15,970 nt of DNA, taken from the IMG/VR virus record IMGVR_UViG_2778261276_000005, positions 1 through 15,970 of that record; one strand, 5' to 3'. Positions within the stretch are counted from its first letter, which is position 1; each line of letters opens with the position of its first letter. Below, piece by piece: positions 7,522 through 15,091 of this stretch. Made by a program: the position numbers and the translations under genes. The DNA comes from a virus. Lineage: Duplodnaviria; Heunggongvirae; Uroviricota; Caudoviricetes. The notes below the pieces were generated by a model, which had not been told where the DNA came from, searched no databases, and saw only the letters and a list, made by a program, of their open reading frames with translations.

Positions 7522-8718
7522 TTACTTCTCAATTTTCATGTTCTCCGGATTTTTTGATACTTGGTCCTTACAAGCTGTCTTGCCATCATAGTCTACGAGA
7601 TACGAACCATAATGCCTGAAAAGCATTTCCGGCCCTTTATGCCCCATTTGAGCTGCAAGCCAAAACAGATTTGCTCCTCGGCTGATATGGCTGGTGGCGA
7701 ATGTATGCCTAGTTTGATATGGATTTCTGTATCGAATACCTGCTTTCCGTAATGTTGGCACCCATGCTTTTTTCCTGATTGCATCAGCACTTGCCCAAGG
7801 CTTATTGGTCTTTGGGTCTTCAAAGACAGTAGCATCCTTCATGAATGTAAATGGCTTCTGATTTATCAGCGCCAACATTGCCTCTTCTGTCAGTTCAACT
7901 TTACGAGTACCTGCTTTTGTCTTTGTCCCTTTGATAACACCGACAACACTTGCGCTCTGGACATGGGCAGTTTTTCCAACAAAGTCGATATCACGCCATC
8001 GAAGGGCACATAATTCAGAACTACGCAGGCCTGTATGTATAGCGAACCGGAACAGATTCTCCCATTGTTTGTTTCCGGCTGCTGCTAGTAATGCATCAAC
8101 TTCTGTTGGTGATAGCGGATCAACCACGTAGCTGCTTTCTACTTCTGACTTATCACTTTGGTAGCGCGAAGCAGTTACCAACGATACGGGGTTAATTTGA
8201 AGTACCCCATCGGTTACGGCTTCATCAAGTGCTGACCGCAGGAAAGATAACTGGTTGCGAATTGTTTTTAAGGTCGTTTTCTGGCTTTGAATCCACGCTT
8301 TCAGGATTGCTGGTGTTAATTCACTTGCAGGGCAAATGTGGAGTGAGGCTAACGCACTACGGCATTTTTTATAACCACCAATCGTAGATGGTGAAAGTTT
8401 TCTCGTTTCGCAGATTTCAAGGTATTCGTCCAGGTACATTTTTACCGTTTTGCCTGCAGCAGCATTACCAAAAATTTTCAAACGAGCAGAACGGGGAAAA
8501 TATTCCGCATAAATGAATGTTCCCCTTTCGATCTTATTATGAATTTCGCCGAGTGTGCGCTCGGCGTATTTAATGTTCTTTGGTGTTACTTCCAGATTGG
8601 AAAGTGGCTCACGACATTTAACTCCTTTGTAGGTGAAAGTTATATTGATCGTTTCTCCCTGACGGTGTTTTCTGATTGTTACGCCGCGCGGTAGTTTGAG
8701 CAGTTTTGTCTGGCCCAT
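7522..8718 (-). CDS. Lambda-family tyrosine integrase
   Basis: 398 aa; C-terminal catalytic region RHTFATSHISRGANLFWLAAQMGHKGPEMLFRHYGSY and a C-terminus ending ...KIEK as in lambda Int; GAGG ribosome-binding site 7 nt upstream; 5' end overlaps xis. Confidence 0.9.
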   Translation of the reverse strand: MGQTKLLKLPRGVTIRKHRQGETINITFTYKGVKCREPLSNLEVTPKNIKYAERTLGEIHNKIERGTFIYAEYFPRSARLKIFGNAAAGKTVKMYLDEYLEICETRKLSPSTIGGYKKCRSALASLHICPASELTPAILKAWIQSQKTTLKTIRNQLSFLRSALDEAVTDGVLQINPVSLVTASRYQSDKSEVESSYVVDPLSPTEVDALLAAAGNKQWENLFRFAIHTGLRSSELCALRWRDIDFVGKTAHVQSASVVGVIKGTKTKAGTRKVELTEEAMLALINQKPFTFMKDATVFEDPKTNKPWASADAIRKKAWVPTLRKAGIRYRNPYQTRHTFATSHISRGANLFWLAAQMGHKGPEMLFRHYGSYLVDYDGKTACKDQVSKNPENMKIEK

Positions 8719-8885
8719 TTTGCAACCTCACTAAGATCAATCCACCTCTCCTTAACGCCTTCAACCTTTAAAACCTGAACACCTTCACGCCAAACACCGC
8801 GCTGTACACGTTTGTTTATTGCTTCAGGAGTTTCGCCAGTTTCTTTGCAATAAGTTGAGATAGGAACGCAATCGAGGTTCAGCAT
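8679..8885 (-). CDS. Excisionase (Xis-like winged-helix DNA-binding protein)
   Basis: Small basic protein directly upstream of and overlapping int; W/R-rich pattern (VQRGVWREG...ERWIDLSEVAKW) like lambda Xis; ATG at 8885 has GGAG 6 nt upstream (the ORF track begins at a GTG at 8897). Confidence 0.65.
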   Translation of the reverse strand: MLNLDCVPISTYCKETGETPEAINKRVQRGVWREGVQVLKVEGVKERWIDLSEVAKWARQNCSNYRAA

Positions 8886-8944
8886 ATGTTTCTCCACTTA
8901 GCCCGCTGCACACGGGCAGTAATATCAAATTCCAGTCCTGATAA

Positions 8945-9160
8945 TTAATTTTGTTCTCTGGTTGCTACCTGTTTTATTGGCCTGATGCTGTCCAGGAGCA
9001 GACGGCGACGCATGTTTGGCGCACCCCAACGGTAACCAGTCTTTTTGTCGTAGGATTCACAACGTCCGGCAACCCAGGACGTTTCAGTGGAATGTAATTT
9101 CATCCGCTTTTCACCGTCTCGGGTGATAACAATTCCTGTATGAGTTTTTATCACGCTCAT
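8945..9160 (-). CDS. Hypothetical small phage protein
   Basis: 71-aa ORF; ATG overlaps the stop of the upstream gene (ATGA at 9157-9160), i.e. translationally coupled within the leftward operon. Confidence 0.45.
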   Translation of the reverse strand: MSVIKTHTGIVITRDGEKRMKLHSTETSWVAGRCESYDKKTGYRWGAPNMRRRLLLDSIRPIKQVATREQN

Positions 9161-9519
9161 TTCTTAGTCTCTGGTGCTTTCGGCATTACTGCCCAGTGAG
9201 TGATATTGACGTTTTCAAGGTCCCCGACCTGAAATGTCCACTGCCATTCTCCGGTTTCTTTTTGCCCCCATGTGTACCAGAGAGAACGCCAGCCAATCAG
9301 CCAGCCTTCTCCATTAGCATCAAATAACAGAACACTTTCATTTGCTGGCGGCAGTTCAGCTGACACTGGTATTACTTTGTTTTCCAGAGCCGCACATTTA
9401 GCTTCAAGCGCATCGAATTTACGTACCAGATACTCAGCATTTGTTTCATTCACTTTCAGATCTCGCGGTACACATTTCCCGCGAAGAACCCCTTCCATTT
9501 CGAAAACATTCATGCGCAT
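9157..9519 (-). CDS. Hypothetical phage protein (Trp-rich C-terminus; YfdS-like by size and position)
   Basis: 120-aa ORF; GGAG 8 nt upstream of the ATG; overlaps the stop of the upstream HD-domain gene by 10 nt. Confidence 0.55.
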   Translation of the reverse strand: MRMNVFEMEGVLRGKCVPRDLKVNETNAEYLVRKFDALEAKCAALENKVIPVSAELPPANESVLLFDANGEGWLIGWRSLWYTWGQKETGEWQWTFQVGDLENVNITHWAVMPKAPETKK

Positions 9520-10046
9520 TTGCGTAACTCCGATAATTCGTTAAAGCGTTCCATAAACATCCCGTAGGCATGGCCTGGAGCCAGTGGAATCACGTTGAAC
9601 ATCTCTGTTGCCGGGATACCTTCCAGCACAGGCCAGAAAGAGCCATCATCAAGCCCGAGATCGCGGCGTTCGGTTGCCAGCATGATGAGATCGGCATATT
9701 TCACGGGGGTACTCATAACCGGGGGTAACCCGTATTTCTCACGGATTACGGCGTCTATTTTTTCTTCCATCCGTTTATAGTCAGGAAGAAGGCGTTTCAG
9801 TGGCGCCGGGATGTCCTGGCAATACGCTTCTGTTGCATCATGCATTAACGCTTCAAAAGCAAATTCCTGCGGTACCAGTTGGCTGCAAAGCACCGCATGT
9901 TGGGCGACGCTGTAGAAATGTGAAAGATGTCCTGCAAAGCGACAGATATTTGAAAGAGAAACCGCGATATCGTTAATAACGATGTCGTCTTTATTTATCC
10001 TGTCATAATAAAAATGCTTCCCGGAAAAAGTTTTAATAAATGACAT
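9510..10046 (-). CDS. HD-domain metal-dependent phosphohydrolase (YfdR-like putative 5'-deoxynucleotidase)
   Basis: H...HD motif pattern (SVAQHAVLCSQL, LMHDATEAYCQDIP); the ORF track starts at a GTG at 10073, but the ATG at 10046 has GGAG 8 nt upstream and gives 178 aa. Confidence 0.75.
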   Translation of the reverse strand: MSFIKTFSGKHFYYDRINKDDIVINDIAVSLSNICRFAGHLSHFYSVAQHAVLCSQLVPQEFAFEALMHDATEAYCQDIPAPLKRLLPDYKRMEEKIDAVIREKYGLPPVMSTPVKYADLIMLATERRDLGLDDGSFWPVLEGIPATEMFNVIPLAPGHAYGMFMERFNELSELRKCA

Positions 10047-10139
10047 TTTGTTCTCCACGTATATGCGCTGCACCGCGCTGAATTCTGGTAAAAGGAAGCC
10101 CTCACCATCCGGCGATTATTGAGTCAATTACGTTTCCAT

Positions 10140-10161
10140 AAATGCCCCCGCAGGGGCATTT
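10140..10161 (-). terminator. Perfect stem-loop right after the stop of the upstream gene (weak terminator or stability hairpin)
   Basis: AAATGCCCC-CGCA-GGGGCATTT, 9-bp stem with a 4-nt loop, 13 nt downstream of the stop at 10174; only a short U-tract. Confidence 0.35.
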
Positions 10162-10173
10162 GCAGTAATGAAA

Positions 10174-10998
10174 TCAGGCGGTGAAAGTACCAATAAAGGT
10201 TTCTACTTTGCTGTCCTTGAATTTCTCAACAAGCAGATCACGAAATTCGTTAGCCATTTCTTCCTGCACTGCTTCCAGCTGAATAATGCGCAGAACCAGT
10301 ACAGGACGATCGCCAGTGATAATGCTGAGGCGTAATTTAAACGGACGTTCTTTCAGGCCTTCAAACGGAACGCATTTAAATTCAAATGCCACAGGCATAA
10401 TATCTTTGGTCTTCGCTTCGACAGACTCCATCAGGGAGCGTTTGCCGCTGAAGTCATTGTCTTCAAAATCAGCGGTCTGGTTTGCTTCAATCGTGATTTT
10501 ACGGACTGCCGCAGCCGCTTTTGTTGCCTGAATGGCATCACCATTAGCATCAAAGCCCACAAGGTAGTCGGCCCAGTCTTCGATCCATTCTGCCAGTGAC
10601 TTCTGGGAGTTACGCTCGCCGTTAACAGACAACAGAGCAGAGAACGGTGCTGTCTTTTTCAGTTTGAGAGTGGCAGTGTTATCTGCGTGACCTGGCTCAT
10701 CAATAGTACCCAGGTTAAGCACACTGACGGCACGCATATTATCGGCATCGATAAAGCAGCGGGTGCCTTCATCTGCAAGATCTTTAGAATAACGAGTAAA
10801 GTCATCGATGCTGGCAGTGGAAAGCGCACCACGGAAACGGAAACGATTTAAATTAAATTTTTCCAGATCATGAATGCGGAAATTCTCAGGCAATGCCACA
10901 GCATCGGCACCAATCTTACTGATAATTTCATTAACACCCTGAGCAGAAATAAGGGCATGGATTTGATTAATTGCGGTTGCGTCTAAGTTCTGAGACAT
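10174..10998 (-). CDS. Phage protein of unknown function (YfdQ-like, 274 aa)
   Basis: Long ORF with GAGGA ribosome-binding site 6 nt upstream of the ATG; size and neighbourhood match the yfdQ-type gene of KplE1/CPS-53-like prophages (from memory, unverified). Confidence 0.65.
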   Translation of the reverse strand: MSQNLDATAINQIHALISAQGVNEIISKIGADAVALPENFRIHDLEKFNLNRFRFRGALSTASIDDFTRYSKDLADEGTRCFIDADNMRAVSVLNLGTIDEPGHADNTATLKLKKTAPFSALLSVNGERNSQKSLAEWIEDWADYLVGFDANGDAIQATKAAAAVRKITIEANQTADFEDNDFSGKRSLMESVEAKTKDIMPVAFEFKCVPFEGLKERPFKLRLSIITGDRPVLVLRIIQLEAVQEEMANEFRDLLVEKFKDSKVETFIGTFTA

Positions 10999-11063
10999 AA
11001 TAAGTCCTCACTATATAAAAATATTCAGTGATGAGAGAAATAATCAGTTTATTAAAAACGATA

Positions 11064-11426
11064 TTAATGACCTGCTGCGCGGAGTTTTCCGTCAGGTTCA
11101 CCGGCAAGAGTCAGTAATTGTCCCTGGTCTTCCTGCAGAATAGTCAGGCGACCACCGCGATTGACATACATCGGCGTTTCGGTGGTGTCTTCTTCGGAAA
11201 TTTTCCCGCGGTTAGTCGGGCGAACATATGAGAGTTTGTGTTTGATTTTCACACGGTTCTCATCAAATGGTTCGATTTCCAGGTTGAGTGAGACCTTACC
11301 TTTGGTTTTCGTGTTCATCACACCGGAAGCGACTTCACTGAGAACTGCGCCGATTTTTGTTTCAAATACGCCGCCGTCCAGCTCCCCGATAAATGCCTGC
11401 ACATCAGTACTGCGTTCGCTAGCCAT
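11064..11426 (-). CDS. Hypothetical phage protein, first gene of the leftward early operon
   Basis: ORF track gives 197 aa from 11657, but the N-terminal 77 codons run through the GC-rich hairpin region; the ATG at 11426 (MASERSTDV...) has GAGGAG 7 nt upstream and gives 120 aa. Confidence 0.55.
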   Translation of the reverse strand: MASERSTDVQAFIGELDGGVFETKIGAVLSEVASGVMNTKTKGKVSLNLEIEPFDENRVKIKHKLSYVRPTNRGKISEEDTTETPMYVNRGGRLTILQEDQGQLLTLAGEPDGKLRAAGH

Positions 11427-11562
11427 TTTGTTGCTCCTCATCATATCGACCCTGCAAGGCCGATTAGTTTCTCCACAAAACAGAGAAGAACACCTGCGGT
11501 GGCAGCCGCCCGGATGGATTGGGTTATGAGCCCGTCGTCCGGTGATGCTCTTCTCTGTTTTG

Positions 11563-11609
11563 TAAAAAGAGCGGTACCAGCCGGAAGCAAGTGTACAAAC
11601 TGGTACCGC
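11563..11609 (-). terminator. Strong intrinsic terminator on the minus strand inside the leader of the leftward operon
   Basis: Perfect 10-bp inverted repeat GCGGTACCAG / CTGGTACCGC (11571-11580 / 11600-11609) followed on the minus strand by TCTTTTTA. Confidence 0.6.
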
Positions 11610-12020
11610 CAAAGCAGTGGCTGTTGTGGTGGGGTTGTCACTCAGGCGTATGGTCAACCTGACAATCCGGTGTCCTCAACGGGGAAAGAGTAACCCCGCC
11701 ATACTTACCGCCGCGCCATTTCGCGGATGACCACAACGCTGAGAGCACTTAGCCAGTTACGGCACCACACTTTGTCGCGGCTCCATAAATGCCCTCATCG
11801 TTGCACCCTGGTCTCTTCCCAGGCGTCAAACCGGATCGCCACGCTGGTTAGGCGTCTTATCAGCATCATCATTGACTTGCACATTCCGGCTACCTGGTTT
11901 GTTTGCCCTAGCAAGGAGTGGATTGTCCCCTTTAACGTCCCCAGACCGCTAACGACGCATGTGCCATACGCCGTGTTACAACCAAATTTTGTTAGTACCT
12001 TGTTTGTTGGTCTGGAAAGA

Positions 12021-12049
12021 AAGATAAAATGAAATTGCGCGTTGTGCAA
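12021..12049 (-). promoter_or_regulatory. Candidate pL-like promoter for the leftward early operon
   Basis: Minus strand TTGCAC - 17 nt - TATCTT; the -35 overlaps a 15-bp TTGC-N7-GCAA operator-like palindrome. Confidence 0.4.
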
Positions 12050-12072
12050 GTGTTTTGTTGCGAGATATGCAA
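12035..12072. promoter_or_regulatory. Two operator-like palindromes (oL-like)
   Basis: TTGCGCGTTGTGCAA (12035-12049) and TTGCGAGATATGCAA (12058-12072) share the TTGC-N7-GCAA architecture with a site in the cI-cro intergenic region. Confidence 0.5.
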
Positions 12073-12082
12073 TTTAATGGGT

Positions 12083-12107
12083 AATGAAAAGCCACCTTCG
12101 GGTGGCT
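12083..12107 (-). terminator. Rho-independent terminator following the cI-like repressor gene
   Basis: Stem GCCACC-TTCG-GGTGGC (12091-12106) about 20 nt after the cI stop, followed on the minus strand by TTTTCATT. Confidence 0.65.
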
Positions 12108-12127
12108 AATTGATGAGGAGGTAAGGG

Positions 12128-12820
12128 TTAATTGTGTCGCTTAAGGGTTTGTGACTGGCTGATTAAGACCTTTCCAAAGACCATAAACCGGTGTTCATTT
12201 TCGCTGGTAATTCCCCATTCACGGTAAATCTGGTTATCAGAAATCACCAGTAGTTTGTCAGGTATCATTTGCAGTCGTTTGACATAAATTTTATCATCAA
12301 AACCAAATACATAGATACCATCTCCATCAAACTGATTGATACTGACATCAACGAAGATGAGATCTCCTGGCTCAATGGTTGGACACATACTGTCCCCACG
12401 AACGTTGATAACTTTAATGTGATTGGCTGGTCGTCCGCCAAACATCGATACAGCATTATCAGTTCTGTATTCAATGGCATGAATCACATCAATGACATCA
12501 CCGCCCTGGATAAGGCCATTTCCCGCACTGGCACTGACATCCAGCATTTCAATACGGAATACATCCTTCACCTGCGCAACATCCTCACTAATACTGTTTT
12601 TACATACAGTATTACTTTTGAAGTCTGAGGTAAAGAGATCAGCAATATCAACACCTAAGCTCCTGGCAATATTACTCAGGGCTTGTTCAGTGAATTGTTT
12701 CTGCTTACCTGTTTCCAGGCGTGAGATATTCGCCGCATCCACTCCTATTGCTTCAGCGAGATCGGCGATTTTCATGTTCTTCGCCTGGCGAAGTTGTCTG
12801 ACTCGATTTCCTATGTTCAT
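12128..12820 (-). CDS. cI-like prophage repressor (XRE-type HTH plus LexA-like S24 autopeptidase domain)
   Basis: N-terminal HTH (VRQLRQAKNMKIADLAEAIGVDAANISRLETGKQ), C-terminal GDSM ... VKRL Ser/Lys dyad pattern; divergent from a cro-like gene. Confidence 0.9.
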   Translation of the reverse strand: MNIGNRVRQLRQAKNMKIADLAEAIGVDAANISRLETGKQKQFTEQALSNIARSLGVDIADLFTSDFKSNTVCKNSISEDVAQVKDVFRIEMLDVSASAGNGLIQGGDVIDVIHAIEYRTDNAVSMFGGRPANHIKVINVRGDSMCPTIEPGDLIFVDVSINQFDGDGIYVFGFDDKIYVKRLQMIPDKLLVISDNQIYREWGITSENEHRFMVFGKVLISQSQTLKRHN

Positions 12821-12917
12821 GCGTTTATTACATTTCTTTATTGCGCGTTAAGCAAATCAACTTGCGCAAAATAGTTGCGTGAAATAATATGCTTATCACG
12901 CAATATGTGGAGGTTAT
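12821..12917. promoter_or_regulatory. Immunity-region control region: divergent pRM-like and pR-like promoters with operator-like sites
   Basis: Plus strand TTGCGC (12862-12867) - 17 nt - TAATAT (12885-12890) then GGAGG and the cro ATG; minus strand TTGCTT (12855-12850) - 17 nt - TGTAAT (12832-12827) ending 6 nt before the cI ATG; palindrome TTGCGCGTTAAGCAA (12841-12855) and inverted repeat TTGCGTGA-N13-TCACGCAA (12875-12903). Confidence 0.6.
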
Positions 12918-13178
12918 ATGCAATCACCATTACGGAATGTGCGTAAAGCGCACGGATTTACTTTGCAGCATGTTGCTGCGGGCGTTCAGGTCAATCCAGC
13001 GACGCTGAGTCGTATTGAAAGACTGGAACAAATTCCATCTATCGACCTTGCAGAACGTCTGGCCAATTTTTTTAAGGGTGAAATCAGCGAAATGCAGATT
13101 CTTTATCCGGCACGTTTTCAATCTAGCCAAAACCAGAATGGGTTTAAACCACAGGAACAGGAGGTAAGCCGTGGGTAA
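12918..13178 (+). CDS. Cro-like HTH regulator
   Basis: 86 aa; HTH FTLQHVAAGVQVNPATLSRIER; GGAGG ribosome-binding site; divergent from cI across the operator region. Confidence 0.75.
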   Translation: MQSPLRNVRKAHGFTLQHVAAGVQVNPATLSRIERLEQIPSIDLAERLANFFKGEISEMQILYPARFQSSQNQNGFKPQEQEVSRG

Positions 13179-13722
13179 GCATCACTGGAAAGTGGAAAAA
13201 CAGCCTGAGTGGTACGTGAAAGCTGTCAGAAAAACTATCGCGGCGTTGCCGGGGGGGTACGCTGAAGCTGCTGAGTGGCTGGATGTAACAGAGAACGCTT
13301 TATTCAACCGCCTTCGTGCAGATGGCGATCAGATTTTCCCGCTGGGATGGGCAATGATTTTACAGCGCGCTGCTGGCACTCACTACATTGCGGATGCTGT
13401 CGCACAGTCTGCTGGTGGGGTGTTTGTATCGCTTCCTGAAATTGAGGAAGTAGAGAACGCAGATATAAACCAGCGCCTGCTGGAAGTCATCGAACAGATC
13501 GGGAGTTACTCAAAGCAGATTCGTTCGGCAATCGAAGATGGGGTAGTGGAGCCACACGAGCAGACAGCAATTAATGATGAATTGTATCTGTCAATTTCGA
13601 AGCTCCAGGAGCATGCGGCACTGGTCTACAAAATTTTCTGCGCTCCAGAAAAGAGTGACGCCCGCGAGTGTGCAGCTCCGGGCGTCGTGGCGTTTTGTGT
13701 CTGTGGAGAAACTAACGCATGA
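13171..13722 (+). CDS. cII-like / phage regulatory protein (putative)
   Basis: 183 aa, GTG start with GGAGG 6 nt upstream, overlapping the cro stop by 8 nt; position and acidic, helix-rich sequence suggest a CII/CP76-type regulator, but the family assignment is uncertain. Confidence 0.5.
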   Translation: MGKHHWKVEKQPEWYVKAVRKTIAALPGGYAEAAEWLDVTENALFNRLRADGDQIFPLGWAMILQRAAGTHYIADAVAQSAGGVFVSLPEIEEVENADINQRLLEVIEQIGSYSKQIRSAIEDGVVEPHEQTAINDELYLSISKLQEHAALVYKIFCAPEKSDARECAAPGVVAFCVCGETNA

Positions 13723-14870
13723 ACAGTTTAACGGCAAATAACCGTTTGTCGCAACAGCTGGTGGTCAGTGTCGCTGCACACCTGTTGTTACGGCATGAAT
13801 GCAGATTACCAAATCACCTGGCTGTAAGTAACCACAGAGAACTTTACCTGACTGTGGGGGGCGAGTTGTGCAGGAACTTAACCGCTGGTTTCGTGACGGA
13901 AGAGGACTTTATGTTCATGTTATTCGTTGGGAGCCAGAAACACAGCGCGTTATCTATCTTCGCAAAGACTACCCGCATGAGTGCTTTAGTCCTTTGTGGA
14001 AATTCAGGCGTGATTTTGTTGAGTGTGAAGGACCACCAGCACATTGATTCTGCCATTCCGGGACGTTACACTGTTCAGGCACCTTATAAAACGGGTGCCG
14101 GGCGTGGAAACCCGGAATTCACCAAAGCGCACAACCGCGCTCTTGCGGTTTTTTTGTGTCATGAGCAGCATTACGCCCAAATTATGGTGGGGCGTGCAGG
14201 GCCAACTTCGGTTGGGCCGGGTTCTTTGGTGACCGGTATTTCCACCCCTGTACGTCTCACCACCAATAAGGTCGTGGAAAGCCTTGGTGGTGAGTTATTA
14301 AAAATCACCAAAGAGGCTGCCATCATGGCTACGATCCCAACCCTCACTCAACCTGAAATTGCCATCGTTGATGGTCAGGCTGTTACTTCATCTCTGGCTG
14401 TTGCCAACTTCTTCTCCAAACGTCATGACGATGTACTGAAAAAGATCCGCACGCTTGAATGCTCCGCATCATTCACTGCCCGCAATTTTTCGGTGAGTGA
14501 TTACACCGATTGCACAGGCCGCAAACTACCTTGCTATCAAATAACCCGCGACGGCTTTGCGTTTCTTGCTATGGGGTTCACGGGTAAACGTGCTGCCCAG
14601 TTCAAAGAGGCATACATCAATGCCTTTAACCAGATGGAGAAACAGCTTTCAAAGCCCGCTGTACCGAGCGACGTTGCACATAACGCCAGCGTTCTCTGTT
14701 CCTACATTTCATCAATTCATCAGGTCTGGCTGCAGCAGCTTTATCCTATGTTGGCAAAAGCCGAATCCCCGCTGGCTGTTAGCTTGTATGACTATATTAA
14801 TGATGCTTCGGCACTGGCCTGCCTCATAAATTTGTCACTGAACCCTTCAGAGGTAAGGGGGCGCAAATGA
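13719..14870 (+). CDS. Rha-family phage regulatory protein (Rha domain in the C-terminal half; N-terminal about 200 aa of unclear assignment)
   Basis: Frame open for 383 codons with ATG overlapping the upstream stop (ATGA at 13719-13722); Rha-type motif IAIVDGQAVTSSLAVANFFSKRHDDVLKKIRTL begins just after an internal ATG at 14325, which has AAGAGG 9 nt upstream and may be the true start. Confidence 0.55.
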   Translation: MNSLTANNRLSQQLVVSVAAHLLLRHECRLPNHLAVSNHRELYLTVGGELCRNLTAGFVTEEDFMFMLFVGSQKHSALSIFAKTTRMSALVLCGNSGVILLSVKDHQHIDSAIPGRYTVQAPYKTGAGRGNPEFTKAHNRALAVFLCHEQHYAQIMVGRAGPTSVGPGSLVTGISTPVRLTTNKVVESLGGELLKITKEAAIMATIPTLTQPEIAIVDGQAVTSSLAVANFFSKRHDDVLKKIRTLECSASFTARNFSVSDYTDCTGRKLPCYQITRDGFAFLAMGFTGKRAAQFKEAYINAFNQMEKQLSKPAVPSDVAHNASVLCSYISSIHQVWLQQLYPMLAKAESPLAVSLYDYINDASALACLINLSLNPSEVRGRK

Positions 14871-15091
14871 TCCGGAATATTTTCAAACGGTTTACCAATC
14901 ATACTTTCCGTTGTCCTCGTCCGGGTCAGTGGTACACCACGCCTGCAGGGCATGTTCTACGTGTTAGCCTGGTGGACCGTGAATGTCAGAAGGTGATTTG
15001 TGAACCGCTGGGCCGTAATTACCGCGTCAGTATGCCGCTTATAGCCTTTTGCTCCGGAAAAAACATGAAGCATCTCGGAGGTGCAGCATGA
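14867..15091 (+). CDS. Hypothetical small phage protein
   Basis: 74-aa ORF; ATGA overlap with the Rha stop at 14867-14870, and its own stop overlaps the next start (ATGA at 15088-15091). Confidence 0.45.
   Translation: MIRNIFKRFTNHTFRCPRPGQWYTTPAGHVLRVSLVDRECQKVICEPLGRNYRVSMPLIAFCSGKNMKHLGGAA

Noticed and set aside
7395-7835. ORFs 7395-7619 (+), 7561-7752 (+) and 7593-7835 (-)
   Set aside because: Overlap the 3' end of the integrase gene or the intergenic att region in wrong frames; no support.
9272-10531. Plus-strand ORFs 9272-9544, 9595-9780 and 10286-10531
   Set aside because: Antisense to the coupled leftward operon genes; no start signals.
11064-11657. 197-aa version of the first leftward gene
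   Set aside because: The N-terminal 77 codons run through the GC-rich hairpins and lack a start signal; the internal ATG at 11426 has a strong GAGGAG ribosome-binding site.
11460-11720. Retron msr/msd or type I toxin-antitoxin locus suggested by the long inverted repeats
   Set aside because: No reverse transcriptase gene on either strand nearby and no small hydrophobic toxin ORF with a ribosome-binding site.
11441-12049. ORFs 11441-11641 (-), 11499-11693 (+), 11727-12032 (+) and 11795-12049 (-) as protein-coding genes
   Set aside because: Mutually overlapping, no ribosome-binding sites, un-protein-like composition, one begins at a TTG that is the candidate -35; the region is better explained as structured non-coding leader. 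An N-like arginine-rich ORF was looked for and not found.
12265-12851. ORFs 12265-12480 (-), 12269-12628 (+) and 12492-12851 (+) within the cI region
   Set aside because: Alternative or antisense frames of the clearly recognisable cI-like repressor gene.
12930-13130. 66-aa minus-strand ORF
   Set aside because: Antisense to the cro-like gene.
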